Of a stretch of DNA of 64,000 nt, positions 35,493 to 45,063 are shown piece after piece (within the stretch, counting starts at the first letter, position 1; the number at the start of each line of letters is the position of its first letter). Origin of the DNA: an uncultured Chloroflexales bacterium (GTDB taxonomy: Bacteria > Chloroflexota > Chloroflexia > Chloroflexales > Chloroflexaceae); assembly GCA_937925925.1 (NCBI GenBank), contig CALANA010000114.1, positions 185 through 64,184 of the forward strand, given 5' to 3'. A program made the position numbers and the translations under genes. The notes under the pieces are model-generated. The model had not been told where the DNA came from and did no database searches. It worked only from the letters and a program-made list of their open reading frames with translations.

Positions 35493-36779
35493 TTATGCGC
35501 GCGGCGGCCACAGCCGACCGTGGGCGATTTCACCCCCGGACGGCTGCTCACGTACCTCAACCAGCAGCTTGTCCGCGTCGTCCATCAGCCGCCAGTTCGT
35601 GACACCGATCTGTTCTGAAATGAAAAAATGGCGTACTGCCGGCGTTGCGGGGCGCAAAAACGGAATCTGGTGCAGTATCGTGTTCTCCAGTTCCAGTTGC
35701 AATCCTGGTTTATGCGCCACAATCACTCGCTTGCGTGGCAACCGAACGCGAATATGGGGATCAAGGTAGGTATCTTCCCACACCAGATGCAACTGATCGG
35801 CGCTGAAGCGTGTGTAGCGTTGCTCGGCCCCATCATGCCACAACACTTCGAGATACCGCAACGTCTGGCTACGCTGATATGTTTGCAGCACGATCCCCTG
35901 CTGCCGTTGGGCATCGGGCACAAACAAAAAATCCCAGCCATGCAACGGCAACGGGTTGAGACCAAAGCTATGCTCGTAATAGCCATTGCCATGATCCCAG
36001 CGTGCGCAACAGGTATCACGGGCAACCAGGCGCGCCAATGCGGGTGAGGCAATTGTCGGAAAAGATTGTCCTGCAATCTGTGCCAGAAATTCCGGGGTCA
36101 TCGTGATCGCGCCAGAAGTGCGCGCAACGGGGGATGGATTGTAGACCACCCAGTGGGTACCGGGCAGATAGCCCACGTCCTCGGCATATGTAGGCGCAAT
36201 CGCTGTTCCATCCAGTCCATAATGCTCCAGTCTGACCTCCAGGCCACGCTCATGGCGGAGCAGCAGACGATGCTGTTGCGGTGCCAGGTGTTCACAGACC
36301 AGTTGGACACCCTGCCCTTCCGCCCGTACCATTGCGGCGTCTATGCCCTCAAACGTCAGTTGATCGGTGGGGAACAGATGCATCCAGCAGATCTGGGGCC
36401 AATCGCGCATGGTGTGCGACTGCGCGGCGAGCTGTTCTGGCAGATCTAGCATACCGGCCAGAATCACGAGCAAGCCCCCCTCGGCAAGCTGTTTGAAGCG
36501 TTCGGCGGGATTAAATAGCGCCATACCCACAATCCCATGAAAAGCGGGCGTAATCACACTAAAATAGCGCCACTCAATAAAAGCGGCAGAAATCCAGCGT
36601 CGGAGAGTACGCTGGTACCAGCCTGGTGCGTTTGGTGTCGTTCCAGCGGCCCGCAGCGTGGCATGATTGCCATCAAAGAGTGTGCCGGCATAGATCGGAA
36701 AGCGCCATCCAGGGGATGCTTGCTGAATGTGGGCCAACAGATCAGGATTAGTACGCGGTAAAAACGGTATTTCTTTCAT
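35493..36779 (-). CDS. Hypothetical protein, possibly CrtC/AttH/tocopherol-cyclase-like fold (very tentative)
   Basis: 428 aa. The IEWRYFSV motif is reminiscent of EWWY/EGWYF motifs. It lies 15 nt upstream of the reductase gene on the same strand. Confidence 0.55.
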   Translation of the reverse strand: MKEIPFLPRTNPDLLAHIQQASPGWRFPIYAGTLFDGNHATLRAAGTTPNAPGWYQRTLRRWISAAFIEWRYFSVITPAFHGIVGMALFNPAERFKQLAEGGLLVILAGMLDLPEQLAAQSHTMRDWPQICWMHLFPTDQLTFEGIDAAMVRAEGQGVQLVCEHLAPQQHRLLLRHERGLEVRLEHYGLDGTAIAPTYAEDVGYLPGTHWVVYNPSPVARTSGAITMTPEFLAQIAGQSFPTIASPALARLVARDTCCARWDHGNGYYEHSFGLNPLPLHGWDFLFVPDAQRQQGIVLQTYQRSQTLRYLEVLWHDGAEQRYTRFSADQLHLVWEDTYLDPHIRVRLPRKRVIVAHKPGLQLELENTILHQIPFLRPATPAVRHFFISEQIGVTNWRLMDDADKLLVEVREQPSGGEIAHGRLWPPRA

Positions 36780-36800
36780 GATAACCTGCTTTATTGGAGA

Positions 36801-36828
36801 TCTATAGTGATCCTACATCAGTTGTGAA
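36801..36828 (-). promoter_or_regulatory. MITE-A7-borne outward promoter-like site (minus strand TTCACA-N16-TATAGA)
   Basis: -35 is the complement of 36823-36828. -10 is the complement of 36801-36806. The start codon of the 35493-36779 gene is 22 nt downstream. Confidence 0.4.
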
Positions 36829-36915
36829 GCACCGGAGGCCCGGCTTGACGCTGGCAGCGCTTCGTCCAGGCTAAAGCCTGGACTCCAGATTTACAATTAT
36901 AATAGGATTGCTATA
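36803..36915. mobile_element. MITE-A copy A7
   Basis: tatagtgatcctacatcagttgtgaagcaccgg...gcctggactccagatttacaattataataggattgctata. TA flanks. Confidence 0.85.
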
Positions 36916-37020
36916 TGTCTGCCAACGTATACTGTCAGACGTTCTATGTTTCCAGTTTGTCGGTTCGTCGGAACGACTCGGGTTCTTTCCAGCAATCTTC
37001 ATTGCCTCAAGGCGTTACTA

Positions 37021-37180
37021 AAGGACATACGCGGTCGCTCAAACAGAATGTCTTTTTTGCCCCTGCCAGACTGGTGTCTCATTTTGCGCCGAAGGTGCAA
37101 AATGAGACACCAAAAAACGTCGTTACCACGCTGCTGCAGGCGAAAAGGCGAGTTGATCAATATTCACCGCGTGCGTCCTA
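37021..37180. mobile_element. MITE-B copy B9
   Basis: aaggacatacgcggtcgc ... hairpin 37073-37111 ... gctgctgcaggcgaaaaggcga ... caccgcgtgcgtcct. Confidence 0.8.
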
Positions 37181-37274
37181 TCAATATGGTGTAGAGTTCT
37201 GTCTTCAGCGAAGCAGGATGTTCCTGTCGTTTTACCGTAAAACTTCGCCTATAGCAGCGAGCAGTAATCCTGGG

Positions 37275-37302
37275 GAGAGACGTTGCGTGCAACGTCTCTC
37301 CT
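37275..37302. repeat. Solo palindromic core related to the MITE-C/G GTTGCATGCAAC module
   Basis: ggagagacgttgcgtgcaacgtctctcc, 11 nt downstream of the deacetylase stop codon. No T-tract follows. Confidence 0.7.
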
Positions 37303-37312
37303 CACATTCGGT

Positions 37313-38818
37313 TTATTCCAATACCTCACTCAGTGAGACGGGCTGCAACCCCAACGCCTCGAGCTGATCAAGCCAGCCAGGGAGACTGGCGGCTGTGCTG
37401 GCCCGCTGATGCATCAGCAAAATCGCTCCATACCCGCGCTGCGGATCCTGGGCCACCCACGCTAGCCAGCCAGCCATATGGGGATCATCAGAACTCCAGA
37501 AGTAGGGTAAATAGCCTTCACTGCCAATGACACTTACCATTGCCGGAGTCGAAACACCAAACGGAAAGCGGAAATATGGCCGAGTAGTGACGCCCAGTAC
37601 GTCCTCTATAATCTCATCGGTGTAACGTACTTCTGCCCGTGCCTGCTCTAATGAGATCTGATTAAAGGCGGGATGCGCGAACGAATGATTTGCCATTTCA
37701 TGCCCATCGGCGAAGATGGCATGGGCCGCTTCCGGAAACTGACGTACCCATGCTCCCGTTACGAAAAAGGTACCCTTAATCTGCCGTGCGCGGAGTGTGT
37801 CCAGGATGGCATACAGCGGCCTCAGATCTTGCAACTCAATATCAAACGTCAGCGCGACTTTTGGCACAGTCGGATTGCCCTGGCGGATGATCGCCGGTTG
37901 CACACCAGTTTCACCTGCGCGAAACACGGGAATACCAAGCATACGCCCGACGCGCAGTTCATATTCCGGGGGCAATCGGTTGTGAGCGGCAATTGCTTCT
38001 ACATCACTCCCCATACGTTCGGCAATCGTTGCCAACGTGTCACCCTCAGCAACAAGATGATACGTATAACGTTCCGGCTCAGGTGGGAGCGCAAAAGTGG
38101 CCGGATCGGCGGCAGTCAACACTTCATGCCCCAGCCGACCCATGAGTATTTCCTGATCCTGATGCAACTCTAGTCGAGTACGTTCAAACCATTGGACGAT
38201 GAAGATCCGGTCATCCTCTCCCGTCATGGCCACTGCCGGGCTTAACGGCAGTCCAAACAATGCCAGGTTCTCCTCCAGGGTGAACTCAGGCCGTCGATCC
38301 AGTTGCAAGCCGTGAGTAAGAAAAAAGCCGAGAAATGGTTGGCAGACACTATGGCCCGTTTCGGTAAACAACATGCAGCGCTGCCCGTTGTCACGGGTGA
38401 TCGGTTCGGGGGGAAAAAAGGTGTGCCAGTTGACCTGCTCCTGTTCCAACCGATCGGCACCCAATCGCCCTAACTGGACATCAAACGGGTGCCGCTGGGC
38501 CAGGTGTAACTCCAACCGGGCACGCTCAAACCACTGAGTCTGGATTGTTCGATGATCAACACGCATACGTTGTTGGGGCGTGATGGGTAAACCAAAGATC
38601 GGCATCCCCCCATTTTGTTCCCAGAATTCACGAAACCGCCCAGAGATACAGAAGCCTGTCTCGTCAAAGCAATGTTGATACGTCTGTGCCCATGTTGACG
38701 CTGGCATGCCCGGCAGCAGTATGATCACCAGTACGAGCCATGTCCGCATCCTCACCGAATATACCTGGTTCTTGAACAATGAACTGGTGCGATCCTGCCT
38801 GTGCAGCGTATTCATCAC
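37313..38818 (-). CDS. Secreted polysaccharide deacetylase (NodB homology) with LysM domain and two N-terminal about 75-aa repeats
   Basis: LysM YHLVAEGDTLATIAERMG...RVGRMLGIPV. NodB motifs ALTFDIE, GTFFVTG and GHEMANHSFAHP. N-terminal ETG...FGLP...QWFER(A/T)RLELH repeats. Confidence 0.85.
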   Translation of the reverse strand: MMNTLHRQDRTSSLFKNQVYSVRMRTWLVLVIILLPGMPASTWAQTYQHCFDETGFCISGRFREFWEQNGGMPIFGLPITPQQRMRVDHRTIQTQWFERARLELHLAQRHPFDVQLGRLGADRLEQEQVNWHTFFPPEPITRDNGQRCMLFTETGHSVCQPFLGFFLTHGLQLDRRPEFTLEENLALFGLPLSPAVAMTGEDDRIFIVQWFERTRLELHQDQEILMGRLGHEVLTAADPATFALPPEPERYTYHLVAEGDTLATIAERMGSDVEAIAAHNRLPPEYELRVGRMLGIPVFRAGETGVQPAIIRQGNPTVPKVALTFDIELQDLRPLYAILDTLRARQIKGTFFVTGAWVRQFPEAAHAIFADGHEMANHSFAHPAFNQISLEQARAEVRYTDEIIEDVLGVTTRPYFRFPFGVSTPAMVSVIGSEGYLPYFWSSDDPHMAGWLAWVAQDPQRGYGAILLMHQRASTAASLPGWLDQLEALGLQPVSLSEVLE

Positions 38819-38946
38819 CGACTCCTATGTTCATCGTAACGTTTCGGCCCGTTTGAAATATGCTAACGAATACTATCATACCACAACCCAGGGAATGGTA
38901 TAATAAATGCTGCATAATGATTTGTTAAGATTTGTAAAGCCAGGGA

Positions 38947-40176
38947 ATGTCTGATATTTTTACGATTACTGCCCGCGATCCTGGCAGTCACGCTCGTACC
39001 GGCATCCTTCAGACCGCGCATGGCCCGGTTCAGACGCCGATCTTTATGCCGGTAGGGACACGCGCAACGATCAAGTCGCTCAGCCCGGATGAGGTACGCG
39101 CCCACGGTGCCCAGATTATTCTTGGCAATACCTACCATCTCTACTTGCAACCCGGTCACGAACTTATTGCCCGCCATGGCGGATTACATCGGTTTATGGC
39201 CTGGGATGCGCCGATTCTAACCGATAGTGGTGGGTTTCAGGTGTTCTCGCTGGTATACGGTGGGATTGCCGATGAAGTGAAGGGGCGTCGCCCGGCGCAT
39301 CCCAGTGCGCATCCAGATATGGTGAAGGTGACAGAAGACGCCGTTATTTTTCGCTCGTATCTCGATGGTTCACGCCACATCTTCACCCCGGAACGCAGTA
39401 TTGAGGTGCAGCATGGGTTAGGGGCTGACATCATTTTATGCTTTGATGAGCTACCGCCCTTCCGTGCTGGCTACGACTACACTGCGCAGAGCATGGTGCG
39501 TTCGCATCGCTGGGCCGAGCGTTGCCTGGCGTATCATCAAACCCATGGCCCCGCCCCGGTTGCGCTCACCACCGGCAGCGTGGTGCCGCGCCAGGCCTTG
39601 TTCGGCATTGTTCACGGCGGTGTTTTTGCCGATCTGCGTCGCCAGAGCGCCGAGTACGTTGGCGCATTGCCATTCGATGGGCTGTGCATTGGCGGTTCGC
39701 TTGGCAGCGATAAGTCGCAGATGTATGAAGTCGTCGATATGACCGTGCCCCATCTGCCGGATGCCCGGCCCCGCCATTTGCTCGGCGTTGGCGATGTGGA
39801 CGACTTGTTGGAGTGTGTGGCACGCGGCATTGACATGTTTGACTGCGTTAGCCCGACCCGCCTGGGACGCCACGGGGCGGCGCTGATCCGCGACCCGGAA
39901 CGGCGCTGGAAGCTCAACGTCTCGAATGCGGCGCTCCGTGACGATGACCGCCCGCTCCAGGAAGGTTGCACCTGTGCTACCTGTCGCACGTTCTCGCGGG
40001 CCTATATTCACTACCTCTTCCGGGCGAAAGAGTTACTCGGCATTCGCCTGGTGAGTCTGCACAACGTGGCTTTCCTGCTGAACTTGATGGCCGAGGTACG
40101 TGCCAGTATTGCCGCCGGGCAGTTTCCGGTGCTGTATCAGGACTGGCTGGGCAAGTCGTTGCGGGGAGGGTGGTAA
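38947..40176 (+). CDS. tgt: tRNA-guanine transglycosylase (queuine tRNA-ribosyltransferase)
   Basis: FMPVGT, TDSGGFQVFSL, GIVHGG and the Zn site CTCATC...H. Confidence 0.92.
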   Translation: MSDIFTITARDPGSHARTGILQTAHGPVQTPIFMPVGTRATIKSLSPDEVRAHGAQIILGNTYHLYLQPGHELIARHGGLHRFMAWDAPILTDSGGFQVFSLVYGGIADEVKGRRPAHPSAHPDMVKVTEDAVIFRSYLDGSRHIFTPERSIEVQHGLGADIILCFDELPPFRAGYDYTAQSMVRSHRWAERCLAYHQTHGPAPVALTTGSVVPRQALFGIVHGGVFADLRRQSAEYVGALPFDGLCIGGSLGSDKSQMYEVVDMTVPHLPDARPRHLLGVGDVDDLLECVARGIDMFDCVSPTRLGRHGAALIRDPERRWKLNVSNAALRDDDRPLQEGCTCATCRTFSRAYIHYLFRAKELLGIRLVSLHNVAFLLNLMAEVRASIAAGQFPVLYQDWLGKSLRGGW

Positions 40177-40218
40177 CATGATAGCAGGTGATCATCGGAT
40201 GTGCTGTGACATAACGAG

Positions 40219-40443
40219 TTGATATATTCAGGAATGATTAGTGGTGCATTTAATCCTCAATGGCGTCGGGATATTGAACATAACATGTCACAGGAAGTCA
40301 AAGACTCAGTTGATAGTATCGTAAATATTCGCAATCAAATTGCACATGGAATTTCTGTTGGCATTACCTACATGACGATTAAAAATTACTACGATAACGC
40401 TATCAGGCTGATCGACTTCCTGCGTCAACAATGCAACGTCTAG
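40219..40443 (+). pseudogene. C-terminal remnant of a HEPN-type (RiboL-PSP/Abi-like) protein
   Basis: 74-aa ORF containing IVNIRNQIAHG (R-x4-H HEPN motif). There is no room for an N-terminal domain, because tgt ends 42 nt upstream. The segment is visibly AT-rich relative to its neighbours. Confidence 0.4.
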
Positions 40444-40483
40444 TCTGTTCGTAAGCTTCACTGTTCACTTCGGTGCATATCTT

Positions 40484-41248
40484 CTACCGCGCAACTATCC
40501 CACCATCAACCGAAAACGCATGCCCGGTGACAAATGATGCACTGTCCGTGCAGAGCCAGACCACTGCGGCGGCAATTTCCTCCGGGGTGCCCAATCGGCC
40601 TTCGGGTTGCAAAGCTGCCAGTTGCGCTCTGGCCTCAGCATCACCACCAGTAAAGCGCTCAACCATCGGCGTGGCAATAATGCCTGGGCAGACGGCGTTG
40701 ATCCGAATGCCTGCTTTTACATATTCTAATGCGGCAGTTTTCGTCAGGCCGATCACCCCATGCTTGCTCGCTACATATGCTGGCATCAGTTCATAGCCGA
40801 CCAGACCAAGAAAAGAAGCCATATTGACGATCGCTCCTTTACCCCGTTGGAGCATTGCGGGGATCTGATACTTCATTCCCAGCCAGATACCCTTCAGGTT
40901 CACCGCTATCACCCGATCCCAGTTCTCTTCTGTGCAATCGACCGTAGACCCTGGTACACCTTCGATTCCGGCATTATTACAGGCATAGTCTAATCTGCCA
41001 TATGTCGCAATAGTTTGGGCAATCAGGGCTGCGACTTCAGCGGACTGTTGTACGTCTGCACGCACAAAAAGTGCCTCTTGTCCAGTAGCCTGGATCATCT
41101 GCACCGTCTCTTGACCTCCATCTACAACAATGTCGGAAACAACGACCCGCGCACCAGTCTGGGCAAACGCCAGTGCCGTCGCACGTCCGATCCCTGCTGC
41201 TGCCCCTGTCACCAGTGCCACTTTTCCTGTCATCTGATTGGTCATCAT
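40484..41248 (-). CDS. SDR family oxidoreductase
   Basis: TGAAAGIGRATA, NNAG and YVASKHGVIGLTK motifs. Confidence 0.9.
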   Translation of the reverse strand: MMTNQMTGKVALVTGAAAGIGRATALAFAQTGARVVVSDIVVDGGQETVQMIQATGQEALFVRADVQQSAEVAALIAQTIATYGRLDYACNNAGIEGVPGSTVDCTEENWDRVIAVNLKGIWLGMKYQIPAMLQRGKGAIVNMASFLGLVGYELMPAYVASKHGVIGLTKTAALEYVKAGIRINAVCPGIIATPMVERFTGGDAEARAQLAALQPEGRLGTPEEIAAAVVWLCTDSASFVTGHAFSVDGGIVAR

Positions 41249-41264
41249 CGTGTTTGCTCCTTTT

Positions 41265-42623
41265 TCAACGCTTCAACGCATAGGTAATACCAGCTTGTAA
41301 TGTGCCTAGCGTCACAATATCCCGCAGATCAACCGCCAGTTCGACCAGCGTCTGGGCAATACGTGGTTGAATACCTGTTAGAATAACCTGAGATCCCAAC
41401 AGTTTAAGCGCCTGTGCAGCATGCATCAACACGCTGGCAATGTGCGTATCCATCACCCGCACACCGGTAATGTCCAGGATAACTCGATCGGCATGCTGCG
41501 CCACTACTCCCTGCAACAGTGTTTCGAGTATCTGCTGCGCTCGCTCATCATCAATAGCACCGATCAGTGGCATAATAACCACGTTGTCGGCAATCGGAAT
41601 AAGGGGCGTTGATAACTCGCGCATTGTTTTCCGTTGCGCTTCCATCATCTGTGCCTGCAGTTGCGCCTGTTCCGCTTCGGCCCGTTTGCGCTCGCTGATA
41701 TCGGTGCAGACCACCACTGAACCGATAGGCGTCCCCGTATCTTCCAGCACGGCATTCACGCGCAACAGTATCGGCAATTCACCCCCATCGCGTGCCCGGA
41801 GTGTCACTTCGTGTTGCCAGGATTGTTGAGATTGGATGCTGGCCATAATCTGGTTGGACAACTGCGGCTCACCGGTATAGAGCCATTCAATGCCACCGCG
41901 TGCATTGAGTTCCTCAACGGTATAGCCAAACAGGTTGATAAAGGCCGGATTGTGATACAGTGCCTTCCCATCAATACCAATCAGGCTAATGGCATCGCTG
42001 GTACTCTCCACGGCTTTGCTAATTCGTGCCAGATGTTCTTCCGCACGTTTGCGTTCAGTAATATCCTGGAAAAGGGTGACAAAATATTCACGTCTGGGAC
42101 TATAGGCCGAGACAGTATACCAGCGTTCTAACGGCTCAGAATACTGCTCAAATGAGACGATTTTGCCGGTTAGCGCCACATCGCCATAATAGCCAATCCA
42201 GTCAAAGGCGGATCGCTCAATGCCGGGAAGCACTTCAGTAACCCGCTTATGCATAAGGTTGTCGCGTTTGAGGCCGGTAAACGCTTCAAAGGCATCATTC
42301 ACCTCCAGGAAAATATAGTCCACTGGCTTTTGCTCGGCATCCAGGACAATGCGGTGATAGGCAAAGCCCAGCAGCGTATTCATAAATAGGGCACGGTATC
42401 GTTCTTCAATATCCGCAAGCGCATGTTGGCACGTACTCAGTTGTTTTTCCAACGTTGTTATGCGTGCTTGCAAGCCGTCTTGATCACGGGCCGATAGGTT
42501 CTGCGCGTTCGTTTGATCTTCCAAACTCATGCTCCTCTTAGAGGGTAACAGGATAACATCCGGGGTTACCGCGTTCTGATGCCCAGACAGGTTGGCATCC
42601 GGTTTACTGTAAGCGTCCAGCAT
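41265..42623 (-). CDS. PAS-PAS-STAS domain signalling protein (RsbR-like)
   Basis: Two PAS-like segments separated by ITERKRAE linkers. C-terminal STAS (STPLIPIADNVVIMPLIGAIDDERAQ...ILDITGV). Confidence 0.8.
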   Translation of the reverse strand: MLDAYSKPDANLSGHQNAVTPDVILLPSKRSMSLEDQTNAQNLSARDQDGLQARITTLEKQLSTCQHALADIEERYRALFMNTLLGFAYHRIVLDAEQKPVDYIFLEVNDAFEAFTGLKRDNLMHKRVTEVLPGIERSAFDWIGYYGDVALTGKIVSFEQYSEPLERWYTVSAYSPRREYFVTLFQDITERKRAEEHLARISKAVESTSDAISLIGIDGKALYHNPAFINLFGYTVEELNARGGIEWLYTGEPQLSNQIMASIQSQQSWQHEVTLRARDGGELPILLRVNAVLEDTGTPIGSVVVCTDISERKRAEAEQAQLQAQMMEAQRKTMRELSTPLIPIADNVVIMPLIGAIDDERAQQILETLLQGVVAQHADRVILDITGVRVMDTHIASVLMHAAQALKLLGSQVILTGIQPRIAQTLVELAVDLRDIVTLGTLQAGITYALKR

Positions 42624-42664
42624 TCAAGGTGTCCTGATGACTTCAATCAGGTATTATCCAACTA

Positions 42665-42810
42665 CTAGTACTCCACCGAGACGAAGTCTTGGTGGGGGGA
42701 TGAGGGGTTTCACAGGTTCTCTTTCTGGTGCGGCGCGGCTTTGTCGCGCCCCCTCCCCCCCCGGCCCCCCTCGACATCTCTGTCCAGGGGAAGTCTCGTT
42801 GGAGTACTAG
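42665..42810. mobile_element. MITE-G copy G1
   Basis: ctagtactccaccgagacgaagtct ... ccaggggaagtctcgttggagtactag. Confidence 0.8.
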
Positions 42811-42934
42811 AATCAAAGAAGTGAATGCGCATATATGACATCCGTTGTAAGGGGATATCACTATGCATGTTTGCCCTCTATTGTACAAGACATGCGGGCA
42901 TTTTGTGTACACTGCGGTGTTCGATATTGGCTCC

Positions 42935-44050
42935 TCAATACTGTTGTTCAATCCGCGTGATCATCTCTTCGATCACCTCAAAGCCAGGTGGATTAACCAC
43001 GTTCACCAGGTTATCAGCCAGGTTCAGGTTATGCTGGCGCACAAACTGTTGGAAATAGTCGATATTCGTGTTGCGGTAGCCGTGTTCAATCGCCAGGCGC
43101 TCCAATTCATTGGCTGCTGCCCACACCTGCGCATCCTGTTGCAGATCGGGGTCTTTGCGTAACAGCTTGCCTAAGCGATCACCGCGCTCTGTTAAGGAGA
43201 CCAGCACGTGCCAGGTATAGAGCGTGGGATCGGGATACAGCAGCACCATCTCTGGACGAATACCACCGCCAGTCACTTGTTGATAAATGAACTGGGACTC
43301 ATAGATCATGACCAGCGGAGCCTTGCCCATCCCCATCGTCAGATAGTCTTGAAACGGCCCCGCTGACGATCCCGCCTGAAATCCCTGCTTCAAAAACAGA
43401 TCGGTCATCAGCGGCATAATAGGATCGATCTGGCGCTCATTTTGCACAATATTGTTGTTATTTGCCACATAGCTTGCCAGCGACAGATACATCGCCGCCG
43501 AGTTGGAGGTGCGCACATCGGTCGATGAAATCATGATCGTCTTGTTCACATTGTAGACCGTGTTGGCCTGCAAGTCTGACCAGCGCACTTCCCTGGCAAA
43601 CAGGTCGAGGAATTGCTGCATGTCAAACATGAAGATTCCACCTTGATCCACCACCACTCCATTTGTCATCAGCACCTCGGCAATGGGTTGCCAGGAGGCA
43701 ATTACCATGGGCGTAAAAAAGATTTCATACGAATTGTTGACATTGTACGTATCGCGGATTTTTTCCGCACCGGGAATACCGGCTGGAAAGCCAAAATCAT
43801 ACTCGCCGGCTGCCAGTCGTGTGGCGATCAAACGTGATCCGGCCGTCTCGATCTGCACATCCAGGCCCGCCTTGTGGAATGCGGCAATCACCTGTGGATC
43901 CTGGAAGAAATCCCGCTTTTCGGAACCGATCAAGCCACGCACCGTGACAATATTGCGCTGCGTCAACTGGTTGCGCGCCGAAACAAAAATGGCCCCGACC
44001 ACTCCCAGTACCAGCACCAGCAACAAGGTGGGGCCAAGTATTTTCTTCAT
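42935..44050 (-). CDS. Membrane-anchored periplasmic-binding-protein-like protein, paralogue 1
   Basis: Start set at MKKILGP, preceded by an AGGAG-like SD. Single N-terminal TM. Roughly three quarters of positions are identical by eye to the 48291-49403 product. Confidence 0.65.
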   Translation of the reverse strand: MKKILGPTLLLVLVLGVVGAIFVSARNQLTQRNIVTVRGLIGSEKRDFFQDPQVIAAFHKAGLDVQIETAGSRLIATRLAAGEYDFGFPAGIPGAEKIRDTYNVNNSYEIFFTPMVIASWQPIAEVLMTNGVVVDQGGIFMFDMQQFLDLFAREVRWSDLQANTVYNVNKTIMISSTDVRTSNSAAMYLSLASYVANNNNIVQNERQIDPIMPLMTDLFLKQGFQAGSSAGPFQDYLTMGMGKAPLVMIYESQFIYQQVTGGGIRPEMVLLYPDPTLYTWHVLVSLTERGDRLGKLLRKDPDLQQDAQVWAAANELERLAIEHGYRNTNIDYFQQFVRQHNLNLADNLVNVVNPPGFEVIEEMITRIEQQY

Positions 44051-44166
44051 TAGTGACACTCCTGGATCTCCCATATGTTCAAAGACACCGTAGTGCCAGG
44101 CTGCTGCAAAACACAACGGCTGACCGCTGTGTCACAGCAATCAGCCGTTAGCCATTACGCTCCATC

Positions 44167-44424
44167 ACAGGAGGTACGCGGTCGCCCGAAAAACGCTTGT
44201 TCGTCGAATTTTACCCCTTCGACCACGCTCAGAGCTTGCCCTGAGCGCAGTCGAACGGGGCAGGCTCTGAGCGGAGTGGAATGGGGCAAAGCAAGGGCAG
44301 GCTACATCTTTATGTCGCCCCACATTTTAGCCGTAGGTGAAAATGTGGGGCGAAAAAAGCGTTTCTTCCATGCATGCTGCCGAAGGCGCAAAGGCTGGCT
44401 GACCATACCACCGCGTACGTTTTG
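44167..44424. mobile_element. MITE-B copy B10 (long variant)
   Basis: acaggaggtacgcggtcgc ... ttcgaccacgctcagagcttgccctgagcgcagtcgaa ... hairpin 44315-44353 ... gctgccgaaggcgcaaaggc ... accaccgcgtacgttttgt. It ends 5 nt from the xpaC-like stop codon. Confidence 0.85.
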
Positions 44425-44428
44425 TAAA

Positions 44429-45046
44429 TCAGGCCAGGAGATCGGCGTTGCTAAACTTGTCTTCCAGAAAGCGACCGTGGATCAGCAACGCCTGGGCGTT
44501 GTTACTGCTCAGATCGGCCGCAACCTGCTGGAGTTGGTGATCAAGCAGATCCAGTTGTTCCGCCAGGATCTGTTTGGCGGTCTTCCCATCTTTAACCGGA
44601 TGCAGCGTCGCAAAGGCACGCGGCAAATTGAGATAATTTTGCAGCGCTTCAGGCAGATAATCCAGCACGGTCTGGCGAATGATAAAGATGTGATGATCAC
44701 TGCTGTTGAAATCCACAATGTAGGGCAATATATCCAGCACCGAGTCGCGGATGTGTTCCACTTTCACTAGAATGTCGGCTGGCACTTTGTTTTTAATCGT
44801 CTTGACCAGATTGTTCAGTTCAGCCCGTATTTCATCTGCCGTGGCCTGATTACGAAAACGCAGTTCGTAGGTCGGGCTACGCGGTGTCGCCAGCACACCG
44901 ATCCCATACATCCCCAGCACAATAAAGAACCAGAAATCCCTGATGATACCACCAAAGAAGAGTCCCAGGCCCAGCAGACCTAACAGCGACCCGACAATAT
45001 TTCCGTTACTGTACAGAAAGAGCAGGATGCGTCGATTCGTACTCAT
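44429..45046 (-). CDS. XpaC-like (5-bromo-4-chloroindolyl phosphate hydrolysis family) membrane protein
   Basis: 205 aa with two N-terminal TM helices and a helical domain. Its position next to a TelA-family gene mirrors the Bacillus xpaC-yaaN arrangement. Confidence 0.6.
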   Translation of the reverse strand: MSTNRRILLFLYSNGNIVGSLLGLLGLGLFFGGIIRDFWFFIVLGMYGIGVLATPRSPTYELRFRNQATADEIRAELNNLVKTIKNKVPADILVKVEHIRDSVLDILPYIVDFNSSDHHIFIIRQTVLDYLPEALQNYLNLPRAFATLHPVKDGKTAKQILAEQLDLLDHQLQQVAADLSSNNAQALLIHGRFLEDKFSNADLLA

Positions 45047-45063
45047 AGCATTGCCTCAGATGA

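Noticed and set aside
36915-37367. A 150-aa plus-strand ORF
   Set aside because: It spans MITE-B9 and the solo palindromic core. It has no SD and no motif.
39451-40011. A 186-aa minus-strand ORF
   Set aside because: It is antisense to tgt, whose identity is unambiguous.
44075-44770. A 231-aa plus-strand ORF
   Set aside because: It reads through MITE-B10 and then runs antisense through the XpaC-like gene. Its composition is typical of repeat read-through.
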